Counted from the stretch's first letter, positions 14,451 through 31,305 are shown. The stretch: DNA of 64,000 bases from the human T2T-CHM13v2.0 reference genome, Homo sapiens (GCF_009914755.1 NC_060925.1), one strand, 5' to 3'. Numbers and translations are program-made. Notes: generated by a model not told the origin, from the letters alone.

Positions 14451-14539
14451 CCTATACTTACTACTATACAATACAGCAATTCCATTGTCAGGTATGGATT
14501 CAACAGAAATGGTATGTCTACACAAAGACTTGTACATGA

Positions 14540-14640
14540 GGCACAGAGATCCATCATCTTATCTCACCACTGTCCAAGACACAGACACACCTTCCATTTG
14601 TAAGACCTACGAAATGTTTCTTTCTAAGAAAAAAAAAAAA
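14540..14640 (+). mobile_element. Short polyadenylated retrocopy (ERV1 LTR R-region-like) with TSD
   Basis: ~90-bp non-L1 insert plus A12, flanked by aaagacttgtacatga / aaagactatacaaga. Confidence 0.7.
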
Positions 14641-14783
14641 GACTATACAAGAAAGCTTATAGCAATTTTATTCATAACAGCCAAAAACTGGAAACCACTC
14701 AAATGTCCATCAACAGACTAATGGATAAATAAATTGAATTGTATACACAAATGGACTATTATTCAGCAATTTAAAAAACTGCT

Positions 14784-15082
14784 GGCTGGGCGTGGTGGCT
14801 CATGCCCATAATTGCAGCACTTTGGGAGACCATAGCAGGAGGATCATTTGAGCCCAGAAGTTTGAGACCAACCTGGGAAAAAGAGCAAGACTTCGTCTCT
14901 ATTAAAAACAAAAAAATTAGCCAGGCATGGTGGCATACACCATGAGTCCCAGATACTTGGGAAACTGAAGCAGAAGGATCACTTGAGACCAGAAGTTTGA
15001 AGTTGCAGTGAGCTATGACTGTGCCACTGCATGCTAGCCTGGGCAACAGAGGGAGACACTGTCTCAAGAAAGAAAAAAAAAG
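14784..15082 (+). mobile_element. Alu (J-like)
   Basis: Dimer inside the L1. Confidence 0.94.
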
Positions 15083-15536
15083 AACAACTGATGTAAACAA
15101 CATGGATGAACCTCAAAAACATGATTCTAAACAAAAGAAGCCCTAAGCGAAAAAAAAAATTGCAAATGTATTATTTCATTTACATGCAATTTTAAAAGAA
15201 CTAAAATTAATCTACATTGACAAAAAGCAGATCCGTAGTTATGTGGAGCCAATAGCAGGATTGACAGCAAAGGGGCACAAGTAAACTTTTCAAGATGTTG
15301 GAAATGTTCTATATCTTGATTGTAGTACTGGTTACATGATGGTATATATTTGTCAAAAGTCATTAAACTGTACACTTAAAATGGATGCAACATACTCTTT
15401 GTAAATGATACTTCAATAAAGTTAACCCCAAAAAAGAATAATTTTAAAATATAGGTGATGTAACACATCAAGGCAATTCTATCGGAAAAATATACACATA
15501 TAACATATATCACAGGGTAGATACAATATCCTTAAG

Positions 15537-15745
15537 CAGCATGGCTCAACAGAACTTTCTACAATGACGTAAATGCCCTACGTTGGCACTATTCAATAGG
15601 ATAGCTACTAGCCACATATGGCTACTGGGCACTTGCAATGTGGTTAAAGTAACTGATGAACTTGATTTTTAATTTTATTTAATTTTGATTATTTAAAAGT
15701 TAAAAAGCCAACATGAGTACAGGCTTCCACAATGGACAACATGGT
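15537..15745. mobile_element. MER3-like hAT MITE
   Basis: aacagaactttctacaatgacg...gctactagccacatatggctactgggcacttgcaatgtgg...tttttaattttatttaatttt. Confidence 0.8.
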
Positions 15746-15794
15746 CCTTATAGATACTGGGGGGCGGCGGGGGGGAGGAAGATGTATAGATGTA

Positions 15795-16155
<361 letters not shown>

Positions 16156-16313
16156 TAACAGCTAAATATAGAAATGAGGACTCACAAATGGGTTGATCAC
16201 AGAGAACTATCTAGTTTGGGGAGGACATTTATATGATATGGGTGGATAAAGAGACAGAGAAGAAATAAAAAACATGCTTAAAATGGTGTTTGCACAGAAG
16301 GATAAAAGAATGT

Positions 16314-16444
16314 GGCTGGGTGCAGTGGCTCATGCCTGTAATCCCAGCACTTTGAGAGGTCAAGGCAGGTGGATCACCTGAGGTCAGGAGTTTGAGACCA
16401 GCCTGACCAACATGGTGAAACCCCATCTCTACTAAAAATACAAA
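16314..16444 (+). mobile_element. Alu left monomer (S-like)
   Basis: ggctgggtgcagtggctca...tctactaaaaatacaaa; no right arm. Confidence 0.93.
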
Positions 16445-16578
16445 TTTTTGTATTTTTAGTAGAGACGAAGTTTTGCCTTGTTGCCCAGACTGGTCTTGAA
16501 CTCCCAGGCTCAAGTGATCCGCCTGCTTCCACCTCCCAAAGTGTTGGTATTAAAGGTGTGAGCCACAGCACCTGACCC
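16445..16578 (-). mobile_element. Alu left monomer, inverted and abutting the previous one
   Basis: tttttgtatttttagtagaga...gtgtgagccacagcacctgacc. Confidence 0.93.
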
Positions 16579-17384
16579 CGTGTCACACTTTTTATTCTGT
16601 CCCAACAAACTATACATATTGAATAGGGCAAATTCTCATTACCCTAAAATAGTAGGTTTTCTTCATGATTAGGTGCCCTAGACCAAATTACTTAACTACA
16701 CAAATAAAAGCTAACCAAACTGCTCTCTTCAAGATAAGGCAGGATAGCCTTACACCCATATTTCCCTTTCAAATAATTGGTTTCCAAGCTAATTTAACTG
16801 GCTTATTTAATGAATTATCCTCTTAATTTGCCTTTCAGATCAACAGTGCAGTTTCCATTAGAATTTACAGTATTCTTTTGTTCCAAACTCTGGCACCTTT
16901 TATTTTTCCTCAGTTTTAGATAATCATCCAATAACATTCTTGCACTACTGTTCTACCATGGTCATGCAACTGGAAAGCAACGATCAACACCTCCAACTCC
17001 ATCTTCATTTTATCTAGTCCGACGAAAAAGAGCTGCAATATTGAACCAAACTGACAACATATTCTCATGTTGCTGCTCATAAAAAGAGCTGTCACTTACA
17101 TGTACAGTATTTTTCTTTGAAGTTGGTTATTAACAATTATTCCTATTTGAGAATATCTTTCTAAATAAGTTATAGAACTGACACTCAGAATGATTACTTA
17201 AAAATTGCGAACAAAATTTGAATGTTTAAATATGAATACATATTAATTAATAGTAGTCATAAGATGGACTATTATACAGCCACTAAAAATAATAAGATTT
17301 TTCAAGTGACAAGGAAAATGTACAAATAGAAGCCAGAAAAACAGGAGTCAGTACAATTCTAAATTTGTTAAAAATAAAAAATAG

Positions 17385-17700
17385 GGCCAGGCACAACAGT
17401 TCATGCCTGTAATCCCAGCACTTTGGGAGGGTGAGTTGGACAGGTCGCTTGAGCTCAGGAGATCAAGACCAGCCTGGGTAACATAGCAAGACCTCATCTC
17501 TACAAAAAATATAAAAATTGGCCAGGCATGGTGGCACATCCCTGTAGTCTCAGACACTCAGGGAGCTGAGGTGGGAAAATCACTTTTGAGATAAGGAAGT
17601 CAAGGCTGCAGTGAGCCGTGATCTCACCACTGCATTCCAGCCTGGGCAACAGAGTGAGATCCTGTCTCAATCAATAAATAAACTAAATTAGATAAAAAAA
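17385..17700 (+). mobile_element. Alu (J-like)
   Basis: Dimer; TSD aaaaataaaaaatag. Confidence 0.94.
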
Positions 17701-17729
17701 TAAAAAATAGCAGTCAAATTATACATAGT

Positions 17730-17731
<2 letters not shown>

Positions 17732-17769
<38 letters not shown>
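17732..17769. repeat. (CA)19 microsatellite
   Basis: Read directly. Confidence 0.97.
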
Positions 17770-17774
<5 letters not shown>

Positions 17775-17943
17775 AGAAGAAAAACCTCCACAACATTAAC
17801 AGTGACTAACTCTGGTTGGCTTCTTCACTTTTTATGCTTTTCTCTATAGATTCTAATCTTTCTACAGCAGACCTGCTTTTATGAATACGAAAATAATAAA
17901 TGGTATTTTTCAAAAAAGAACTAGAGCCTACAAAAACAAAGTA

Positions 17944-18380
17944 CAGTTTATCCTCGCACAATATGGGTTTGAATTGCACAGGTTCACTTATATATGGATT
18001 TTCTGCTGCCTCTGCCACCCGTGAGAAAGCAAGACCATCCCCTCCTTTTCCTCCTCCTCCTCAGCCTACTCAATGTGAAGATGAGAATGAAGACCTTTAT
18101 GATGATCCACTCCACTTGATGAATAGTAAATATATTTTCTCTTCCTTATGATTTTCTTAATAACATTTTCTTTTCTCTAGCTTACTATTGTAAGAACGTA
18201 GTATATAATACATATAATATACAAATATATGTTAATTGACTGTTTATGTTATCAGTAAGGCTTCTAGTCAACAGTAAGCTATTAGTAGTTAAGTTTTGGG
18301 GGAGTCAAAAGTTATACATGGATTTTTGACTGCACAAGGGAGTCAGCCCCACAACCCCTGAATTATTTAAGGGTCAACTG
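17944..18380 (+). mobile_element. Tigger2a-like TcMar MITE, full length
   Basis: ta|cagtttatcctcg...aagggtcaactg|ta TIRs with TA TSD; internal cctcctcctcagcctactcaatgtgaagatg. Confidence 0.9.
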
Positions 18381-18700
18381 TATACCTAAACACCCCAAAG
18401 AGTAACCAGGTTTCAGTTATGGGTAAAAGTTAATACCCTCAAGACTTACTCTACCCAAATAAGTTTAGGTAGAGTAAACCTCTTTATCACTGTACTGGAC
18501 TGGGTTAATAGTCTAGTTAACAATCCTATCAGGTTAATAAAATCTCTCACTGCCCTTGTACGGCTTCCACTAAGAAAATTTCTATTTAAGGAGGCTACCA
18601 TCTAAGAGCAAGAATCAACAGAATTTTAACTGTTTTTCATTATATATGTAAAAATTAAAGACTAAGTTTTGTTTTCCCAATGTAGAAATATCAGGAATGG

Positions 18701-18990
18701 GGTCAGGTACAGTGGCTCACACCCATAATCCCAGTACTTCGGGAGGCCAAGGCAGGAGGATTGTGGACAGAGGGAGTTTGAGACCAAGCTGGGCAATATA
18801 GCAAGACCCCATCTCTGCGAAAAATTTCAACATTAGCCGGGCACAGTGGTGCATGCCTGTGGTCCTAGCTATTCAGGAGGCTGAGGCAGGAGATCACTGG
18901 AGCCCAGGGGTTCAAGGTCTAATAAACTATCATGCCACTGTACTCTAGCCCGGTCAACAGAATGAGACCCTACCTCTAAAAAAAAAAGAA
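18701..18990 (+). mobile_element. Alu (J-like)
   Basis: Dimer. Confidence 0.93.
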
Positions 18991-19278
18991 GGAACAGAAA
19001 TGAATCTACTTTACAAATATGACTATGTAAATGTGAAGAGAGAGAGAAAGAATTAAAGTATAACATGAAAATTTAAATTATTATTTGTTTAACAAGTACA
19101 ATTCTTAATAATAAAGCTTATGTTAAACACTTATGAGACTATGAATTGTTTGAAGGTGTCATTAATCTTTATTTCCTCTAGAACTATATCTGGAAGAAAC
19201 ATAGTAGATAAACAATAAATGCTATTTGAATAAGTATCTGTGTAACTCCCTATAGCATACAAAATAGTTTCATATTTA

Positions 19279-19700
<422 letters not shown>

Positions 19701-20039
19701 CTAAATATATTTTGAATGTAAATCATAATTTGAGGTACTAATATTTTGGGGTAAAAACAAAAGATAATAACACTTTTTTTAGATTAACATATACTAAAAA
19801 TACAACATGCAAGGAATCAGTACAAGGGACAAGTTAGTAAGTTTATATGAAAAGAAAATAATAATCACTTTCTGCAATTACTTTTGACTGGGTCAAAAAA
19901 CACCTCTGCCACATTTATCTAGACTTCATATGACACAAAATTTAAGAATCGCAACCAAAAAGCCACCAGCCTATTTACATATGTCACTTACTCATTGAAC
20001 AATCAGTTGCTGAGCAGAAACAAGTGGCATAAAAAGACA

Positions 20040-21362
<1,323 letters not shown>

Positions 21363-21411
21363 ATTTTAAAGTATGGTTGTTTGGGGGAAAGGTAATTTTT
21401 GTTAGTGTCAT

Positions 21412-21705
21412 TATTATTATTTTAGAGACAGGATCTCACTCTCTTGCCCAAGCTGGAGTGCAATGGCACAATCACAGCACCCACTGCAGCCTCCAACTCA
21501 GGCTCAAGCAATCCTCCCACCTCAGCCTTCCAAGTAGCTAGGACTAAAGGCGCACGCCACCATGCTCATCTAATTCTTGTATTTTTTGTAGAGATGGGGT
21601 CTCACTATGTTGCCTCAGGCTGGTCTTGAATTTCTGGCCTCAAAGCGATCCTCCTGCCTCTCAATTTGCCAGAGTGCTGGGATTACAGGCATGAGCTACT
21701 ATCAT
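21412..21705 (-). mobile_element. Alu (J-like)
   Basis: Antisense dimer. Confidence 0.92.
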
Positions 21706-21924
21706 TATCAAAGTATAGGATACTGAAAAGAGGCCTCAAAGTAAATAGTTAAGGGAAAGGTTTAGAAAGACTTTTGTATGCTGTGCTAAAAAGTTTACCT
21801 ATACCGTATCTTCTGGGCTATGGGAAGTCATTAAACGTTTTGAGTGATGTAAGATCTGTTTTGGAAAAATAACTCTTGGTAATGACACTAGGATTTAGAG
21901 TGTGAGGGTAGTTGTTGTTGTTGT

Positions 21925-22053
21925 TTATGGACAGGGTCTCACAATATTGTCCAAGCTAGAGTGCAGTGGCTATTCACAGGTGTGATCATAAGGCACTACA
22001 GCCTTAAACTCCTGGACTCAAGTGATCCTCCTGCCTCAGCCTCTGGAGTAGCA
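21925..22053 (-). mobile_element. FAM-like fossil Alu monomer (7SL-derived)
   Basis: Contains gctattcacaggtgtgatc, a 7SL/FAM segment absent from dimeric Alus. Confidence 0.8.
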
Positions 22054-22689
22054 AGAGTGAGATGTAAAGTAAAAACTCCAGGAAACCAACTAGAAGGTGC
22101 TGCCATGATAACAGCAATGGTGAATTTTTACTGTGTACTTTTTATGTACCAGGCACTTTATTTCATTTTATCTCATTTAGACCTTAATAGGTCCTGTTAT
22201 GACTCCTGCATAATAAATGAGAAATTAGGGCACAGAGTGATTAACCATCTCAATGTTATGTGAGCAAAGATAGGAAGATAAGAAGCACGACCCCGTAACG
22301 AACTACAAACAGTTCAGAATTATAGTGGTTTGCCTATCAAAGTTTCACTAACAAGTGATGAAACTGAGGGCTACATACAGCCAGACAGAGAAAGACTTTC
22401 TATATTATAGTAACAGGGATTCCTTTTTTATATATAAGCTACAAATACCATGAGTTTCTGCCATTTATATCTTTCCCTCCTATGAAATGCTGTTTATTCA
22501 CTCATTTAAAATCATTTTATGTACCAGGTAAAGTGTTAGGTTCTGGTTATATAACAATAACCTAAGCAGTTCTAATCCATATCATCACGGACCTAAGAGT
22601 CAGAATCCATGTGCTCTCTTAAAGTTTAACAGACGAAACCACCTGAGTCTAGTCAATAAGTACATTCTAGCACACCACTTATGATTTGA

Positions 22690-23010
22690 GAATACTCATT
22701 CACTTACTTATTGCTTCCGCAAAATTTAATAAGACTCTACTATGTACCAAGCACTATTTTCAGTGATAGAAATACAACAAAGCACAAAACAAAGCTCACT
22801 GACTTCATGGTATTAACCTTTTGGTTGGAGGGCAGAGAAAACAAAAAACATAAATGATATAAATTCTGATAGTGATAAATGCTGTTAAAAAATTAAACAG
22901 GTAAGAGAACAGAATGTTAGCATGATAGGTATGCAAGTTTAGAGAAAAATGTTTCAGGTTTTGGGGAAACCAAGTAGATATATATATATGCACAACTGTA
23001 GTTTGAAAAT
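22690..23010 (-). mobile_element. L2 3' fragment
   Basis: ctcattcacttac...ctactatgtaccaagcactattt...gatagtgataaatgct. Confidence 0.6.
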
Positions 23011-23237
23011 GAGTATGTTCCCATTGATCAAAAACTCTTTTAGGTGGAGTAAGGATTCTGTGTCTTTTCATTCATTCAGAAGCATTTGCTTGCCTAATCT
23101 ACTTTATACATGTCACAATAAGAAAGCAATCATTAGAAGGAAAATGGAAGGTTTTAATCAGTCTTAAAACCTAAATATAAATGAAGAAAAACATTACAGG
23201 AAAAATGCTCTATTTCTCCATCTCTCCATTCCCCTCC

Positions 23238-23248
<11 letters not shown>

Positions 23249-23275
<27 letters not shown>

Positions 23276-23276
23276 C
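23249..23276. repeat. (AC)14 microsatellite
   Basis: Read directly. Confidence 0.95.
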
Positions 23277-23780
23277 GACAATCAGAAGAGCATCTGGCCA
23301 TTCATTCATGGTACCCAGATTTGTGCTTCTTGGTCTTTAACAGGTTTCTCAGGATGTCCCCACATTCAAACACTCTGTGTGGCATCTATCCTGATCTTCA
23401 ACTTAGAAAATATACTCATTATTCCTTGTAAGTAGAACTCTGCACAGCTGCATACAGAAGAGCGTCTCGGCAGGGAACAGTGCAGGTTCACAAAGGGGCC
23501 GATAAAACATATAATTTTAGCTTTGGTAATTGCCCTTGAAGATTACAATAAGAGGAGGAAAATAAGGGCCAAAGAAACAAAAGATTTGCCCGTGATTTGA
23601 TAGCTGGTTTCGTCACATATTATGTTGCTTATCCCACAGAATGTGGGAATCCCAGAAAGCGCCCCGTTTAAATTTAGACCGTATTTTTAGCAGGGTCCCT
23701 TTAACAGAGATTGCGGGAACCTGGGAAGGAACTGAACTGGGCTAACCAAACCGGTCGAAATGAGCACAGGGATTAGATTA

Positions 23781-24296
<516 letters not shown>

Positions 24297-24729
24297 GTAA
24301 GTGCGTTTAACGGGCTTAAGAGGGGCTTTCGGGTTTATTGTTTGCACTGTTACTGCGACTCCAACCTTCTCCTCTGTGCTTCCACCGTGGCGAGGGTGTG
24401 GGGAAAGAGAACCCTCTCTTCTCCCCTCTCCTAGTCTGAACGTGGGCCTTGACTAAAACTTGAGATCTGGGCGCGGTCGGCAGCGTTTCTGGACCCCAGC
24501 CTGTGTTTGTCGCTTGTGGTGGTGGCGCCAGACCTCTGGCGTACGGAGTAAAAGAAATTTTCTGTTCTTAAGGCTTGTACTCTGACACCATTCTCGTTGT
24601 ATTGAGGGTATATAGCTTACCCAGCAAAGGAGGTAATGTGAAATGGAAGGACTGGCAACATAGAAGACAAAAACAAAAATCCTTAAAATTTAATAAATGT
24701 TCTGTGTATCAGACAGTTTAGGGAGACAA

Positions 24730-24932
24730 GTAGTGGTACATGCTTTAGTGAAGCTCAGACAGCTTGGATTTTTGAGCCCTAAAAAGCAAGTTCAAATCTC
24801 AGCTGCTTCTTTACTTTAGAAACTGTTAACTTTAGGCAGTTTACTCAACCGCTTTTAAAGCTCATTCCTTTTTTTCATTACTTTGGGGATAATTCCTACC
24901 GCATAAGGTTTTTGAAATAAGTGAAGATAAAA
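24730..24932 (+). mobile_element. Diverged MIR
   Basis: gttcaaatctcagctgcttc...ctgttaactttaggcagtttactcaacc...ggggataattcctacc...aagtgaagataa. Confidence 0.65.
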
Positions 24933-25281
24933 ACTAGAATCTTGAGCTCTCGGTGAGTCCAGAATAATAGCAAATGAAAATTTTGTTCAATGTAAGTCGG
25001 TGTTTCCTAGGAAATTAAAATTTTCATCTGAAATGTACAACTTCTTGATTCAACAAGTAATTATTAAGATTAATCCTGCCTAGTATGTGTACTATCCTGG
25101 GTGCTAGACTTTTCTTTTGCCTGAAATGATTTTGTTTTAAAAGCATATGCCAGGGAATACCATTCTAACCCCCATCAAGTCTACTGAGGATTGGTAGAAT
25201 AGTTGAAAGCTAGGATGAAGGCCCTTTGATCAATTCTTCATCACGCACTTTTACCTGAGTCCAGGTTATTGCTACCTGTAA

Positions 25282-25708
<427 letters not shown>

Positions 25709-25781
25709 GAGTTTTAAAGGAAAACGACCGTAGCAGCTTTTGCAACGTTATTAATGAGGTCCCTGGTCAGCTTGTCTTCAC

Positions 25782-26000
25782 AGTAATGGTAATAGCTGCC
25801 TTATTGGGCCCATACCAGGCTCAGTGCTAATAATACCTCTGTTTGCTATTTCTTATTTAACACAGTGACTAATTTTGCAGATAAGGAAATTGAGGCTAAA
25901 AGGGGTGAAGAAACTTACCCAACCTCACAAGTTTCTCTGAATAGCACGACCAGGAATTTGAACCTAGATCTGTCTCCAAAACCTTTCTTTTTAATCACCA
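25782..26000 (-). mobile_element. MIR
   Basis: attttgcagataaggaaattgaggct...acttacccaacctcaca...ggaatttgaacctag. Confidence 0.75.
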
Positions 26001-26239
26001 TGACTTCCCTAGTGGCTTTTCATAATTCCCAACTTGCTTTTTTTTTTAATCCTGTAATCATTGTAAGAGACACTTCAGTTGTTTTTAAGAAGATTTCTTT
26101 ATTAAAGAACCACCTTTTTCTCTTTATAGTAACAACCTACCTTTGGGGAAGAAACAACCCACCTTTGGAGAATTGAATTGCTCGAGTACAAAATTTTACA
26201 GTAACCACCCCTCCCCCTACAATAGATTCTTCTTTCGTT

Positions 26240-26586
26240 CTTTTTTTTTTTTTTTTTAAGAGACCAGGTCTCACTCTGTCACCCATGATGAAGTACAGTG
26301 GTGCGATCACAGCTCACTGCAACCTCGAAATCCTGGGCTCAAACAGTCCTCCCACCTCAGCTTCCTGAGTAGCCATCACACCACCATGCCCAGCTAATTG
26401 TTTTTATTTTTTGTAGAAACGAGTCTGTGTTGCCAAGGCTGGTCTTGAACTCCTGGCCTCAAGCTATCCTTCCATCTAGGGCCTTCCATAGCACTGGGAT
26501 TACAGGCATGAGCCACCTCAAGCAATCCTTCTATCTGGGGCCTTCCAAAGCACTGGGATTATAGGCATGAGCCACCACACCCTGCC
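26240..26586 (-). mobile_element. Alu (J-like) with an internal 59-bp tandem duplication
   Basis: 26457-26515 repeated at 26516-26574. Confidence 0.93.
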
Positions 26587-26841
26587 TAGTTCAATTTATT
26601 AAAAAATAACAGCAAGGTATAATTTTTAAATTTGTTGTTCTTGAAGTTAAATATTTCATTATTGACATTTAATGATACTGTATTAAAACATTGTTTCATC
26701 TTGTATAAGGAAAGTATCTTCTGTTTAATGGCAAAGAGTAATTCTGAAAAAAAATCCCAGTGGCCATATGCTTGTGGTAAACTCCAATAGATATAAACTG
26801 ACATATATAAGAATGTACTAGTTACTGTAATACAGTGTATG

Positions 26842-27184
<343 letters not shown>

Positions 27185-28110
27185 TGAGCAAGTTACAGTA
27201 AAAATTATTACCTAATGCAATAGAGAAAATAACATGTTTTGTCTCAAATGGATGGAAACTGAAAGCTAATCAACTTCAACTGAGCTTCTTTATGAAAAGA
27301 TAGTTATATATACTTATGTGAGAATTAGCTCCATTTCCATTGTTTTAAGGAGAATACATTGAAAGCAAAAATTCTAACTCTTTTTCAACACTGGCATTTA
27401 AGTCAAAGTATTTGCTTTTTTAGAAAAATTGACTTTATATACATTACTAAAATAATGTGAAATGAATGTCTCCTGTGTCAAGGCTGGAGACTACTGCATA
27501 GCTACCTTTTGTAATGGAATTGTCTAGCCAGAATTTATTATATTCATTTTATTTAAGTGATGAAAGGCTTCCCTCTTCAAGCTTCTTTGCTAAATGAGAA
27601 AAGAAAATGAAGAAACCAAATTTATGTTAAACCTAAAAATCACATTGGCCAAAGGGTACAGTTTTGTTTCATAACAGAAAGTAAGACTGTTATCAAAGTA
27701 TAGAGCAGCTTGTCTCTACCATTAAAATTTATTAAGACATAGATGAAAGGTACAATTGATGAGATGGATTATTGAAGTCTGAAATTGTAGTAAGGGTAAA
27801 TTGAGTTAATTTGGCAGATTTGCAAGCACACTTGTTTATAAAATGGAGTCAAGTAAGAGCAAAGTGTATTTGTTTTGCAGACATTCTAGGAAGTTTCTTT
27901 TTGTGTAAAGTAACAAATTTAGCCTATTTTGAATTGTATTGTGTTTATCTTTCAGAATATTGCCTTATGTATGAGAGCTGCTATCTTATGGTAAAAGTTG
28001 TTTATTGAGAGAACATTTTAGTTTTCTTTAAAAATTTAGACTTACAATTTCACATTTGTTTTCCCTTCAGGGCTATCATTGCCAACTTTAAGAGTAGCTG
28101 GGAGAGGACA

Positions 28111-28254
28111 TTCTTTTTTGTTTGTTTGTTTTTCCTTTTTTTCTGAGACAGAGTCTCAGTCTGTTGCCCAGGCTCACTGCAGCCTTGACCTCCCTGGCTC
28201 AAGAGATCCTCGCATCTCAGCCTCACAACTAGCTGGGACTAAAAGCACCTCGCT

Positions 28255-28298
<44 letters not shown>

Positions 28299-28417
28299 TA
28301 GAGATGAAGTTTTGCCATATTGCCCAGGCTGTTCTCAAACTCCTGGGCTCAAGCAGCCCACCTGCCCTGGCCTCCCAACGTGTTGGAATTACAGGCATGA
28401 GCCACGATGCCTGGCCA
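28111..28417 (-). mobile_element. Alu with its linker expanded to T41 (28257-28297)
   Basis: Antisense dimer with an internal deletion in the right arm. Confidence 0.92.
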
Positions 28418-28681
28418 AGAAGACATTCTTTTCTTTTCAGTGAAGACAGTACATATTTTGCATTTTACTGATAGTTTCAAATGTGGCTTTGAAATTTGTA
28501 TTATGTTGTTACTGGAGTTGTATATGGTAATTTTTTCTAATGGAGAGAGTGCATTGTCTTTGGAATAATGCATTTGTATATTCTTTGTTTTCTCTGCTTC
28601 TCTTATATACTTTTGAATCGTGAAACAGCTTGCTCTAGGAGGTTTAATATTTGATTCTAATATTTTCTGCTCCCGCCCCCC

Positions 28682-29262
<581 letters not shown>

Positions 29263-30765
29263 TCTCTCCACTTTCAACACAAAAAAATTTTAGTCCCCAG
29301 ATTTAGGAAAAATTTTTTTCCCTCTTATATGAGGGCTTTTTTTAAATGTTAGTTTTATTTACTTGAAGGTGGAAGAACTAGTAAAAAAAAAAATTATCAA
29401 AAATGCTTTTAATTTGGGGGTTTTCTGGTTTATTTCATTATATTATAAAAAGAAACTGAAACAAGGGTGGTGGTAAACCAATCCTGCTTATGTCATTTTC
29501 AAAAAAGCAGTATAATATTGAGATTTGTTTATCGGTTCTTAAATCAGCTGGAAGTGTTTCCTATTATTCACAGTGATTATTACTCATAACCTTTAAAAGC
29601 TAGTGCAGTATTCTTGCTCTTTTTTCCAAGACTAATATGTTCTCTGACTTAAAGTCTCAGATTTTGTATTAATTGTATGGATTTTATGATTTTTTTTTTT
29701 TGGCTTTAAACTAGTAAAGTAATACAGAAGTAAAGTTAGGGCACCAAACCCTATGTTTATGTTAACACATACACTACTGAGTAAGTCTGTTTTAAAAACA
29801 ATTTCAATCAAAATCCACTATTTTAAAATTTGACTTCATATCCACCCCCTCCCACCCACAATTTTGTTCAATTGGATTCTGCTTGCAATTTCATTTACTT
29901 TAAAAAGGGAGACACAGTAAATGTTTAAAAATGGCAAATACTGTTTATGTAGCAAAGCTCGCCTACAGTTTTAATAAGACATGATATGGTCCCTGAGACT
30001 TTATCCTTAACATCAACTTAAGGAGAAAAATCTGAATAATTTGGTAGTTTGTTAACAGTCACAATCAGTAGATTGTTAATTTAAAATTTGATACTTAGAT
30101 TTCTAGGCCACATATTTATACTCACAATTTGGTAAGTGCTAGTTTAGCTTTCAGAATACCTTCAAGACTGCTCACAATTTTTTTTTCTACTTGAGGTTGG
30201 TTTTTTTCCATCCTTTGCAATATCACAGTTACATATACTTAAATATTTTAAAGGTATGCATCATCAGAGTGTTGAAATACTAGTGGACATTTAAATACTT
30301 GGTACCTATGATGCAAATCTGTGAACCCAGCCATCATCATTCTAGAGGTACATGTTTTTCACTCAACATTACATTTATCAGCCATCAATACAACTTTATG
30401 GCCATCTTAGAGGTGCTGACATTTTTGCTTTTCTTTTTAACTCATTTCCTAGAAATACTACATCTCTACCATCTCATCCCTCCCCTAAAATAATTACTTG
30501 ATCAATATCTCCAAGTGCTTTAGACTTCAGCCTGAGCTAATTGTGGCTTGAAACTAACAACAGTTTATTGTTTCAAGTGACTGGGGTGGCAATTGGTGGA
30601 GAGAAACATGGCCCTTAAAAACTACTTACTGTACTTTATTTTTAAGAACTAAAATTGTTTAATTTTAGTAAAGTTGTGAGTAGTATTTTACTTTTAAAAT
30701 TTATGCTTTGGTTATTTGATAGTTTTTTTGTTCTGACCCATGTCATGGTACTTTTAATTAATTAA

Positions 30766-31075
<310 letters not shown>

Positions 31076-31305
31076 TAATTTAATATTAATCAAAGATAGG
31101 TACAGTTGTTTGTGTCTTTTCATGTTGGTGTCATGTTTGTATTGCAGTAGCCTCTTAAAGGAGAAGGGGCATCTAATAATGGTATAATTCATATCTTTAA
31201 CTTAACTGTTTATAGGGTAGGTTCTTATCAATTTAATTTTTACAATAATGCTATAAAGTAAGACAAGTATTACTATTGTTAGTCATCAATTGAAAAGATG
31301 AGGAA

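Larger units (their letters stand above)
11620..15440 (+). mobile_element. Old degenerate L1M (ORF2 to 3' end), interrupted by two Alus and a short retrocopy
   Basis: Continuous A-rich L1 ORF2-like sequence (MIIYV..., aactttatgccaacaaa, catcattagt...gcaaattaaaaccac) ending at caataaagtt...aaaaaag. Confidence 0.9.

Noticed and set aside
21925-22053. 7SL RNA gene or pseudogene
   Set aside because: Lacks the S domain; fits a decayed FAM monomer.
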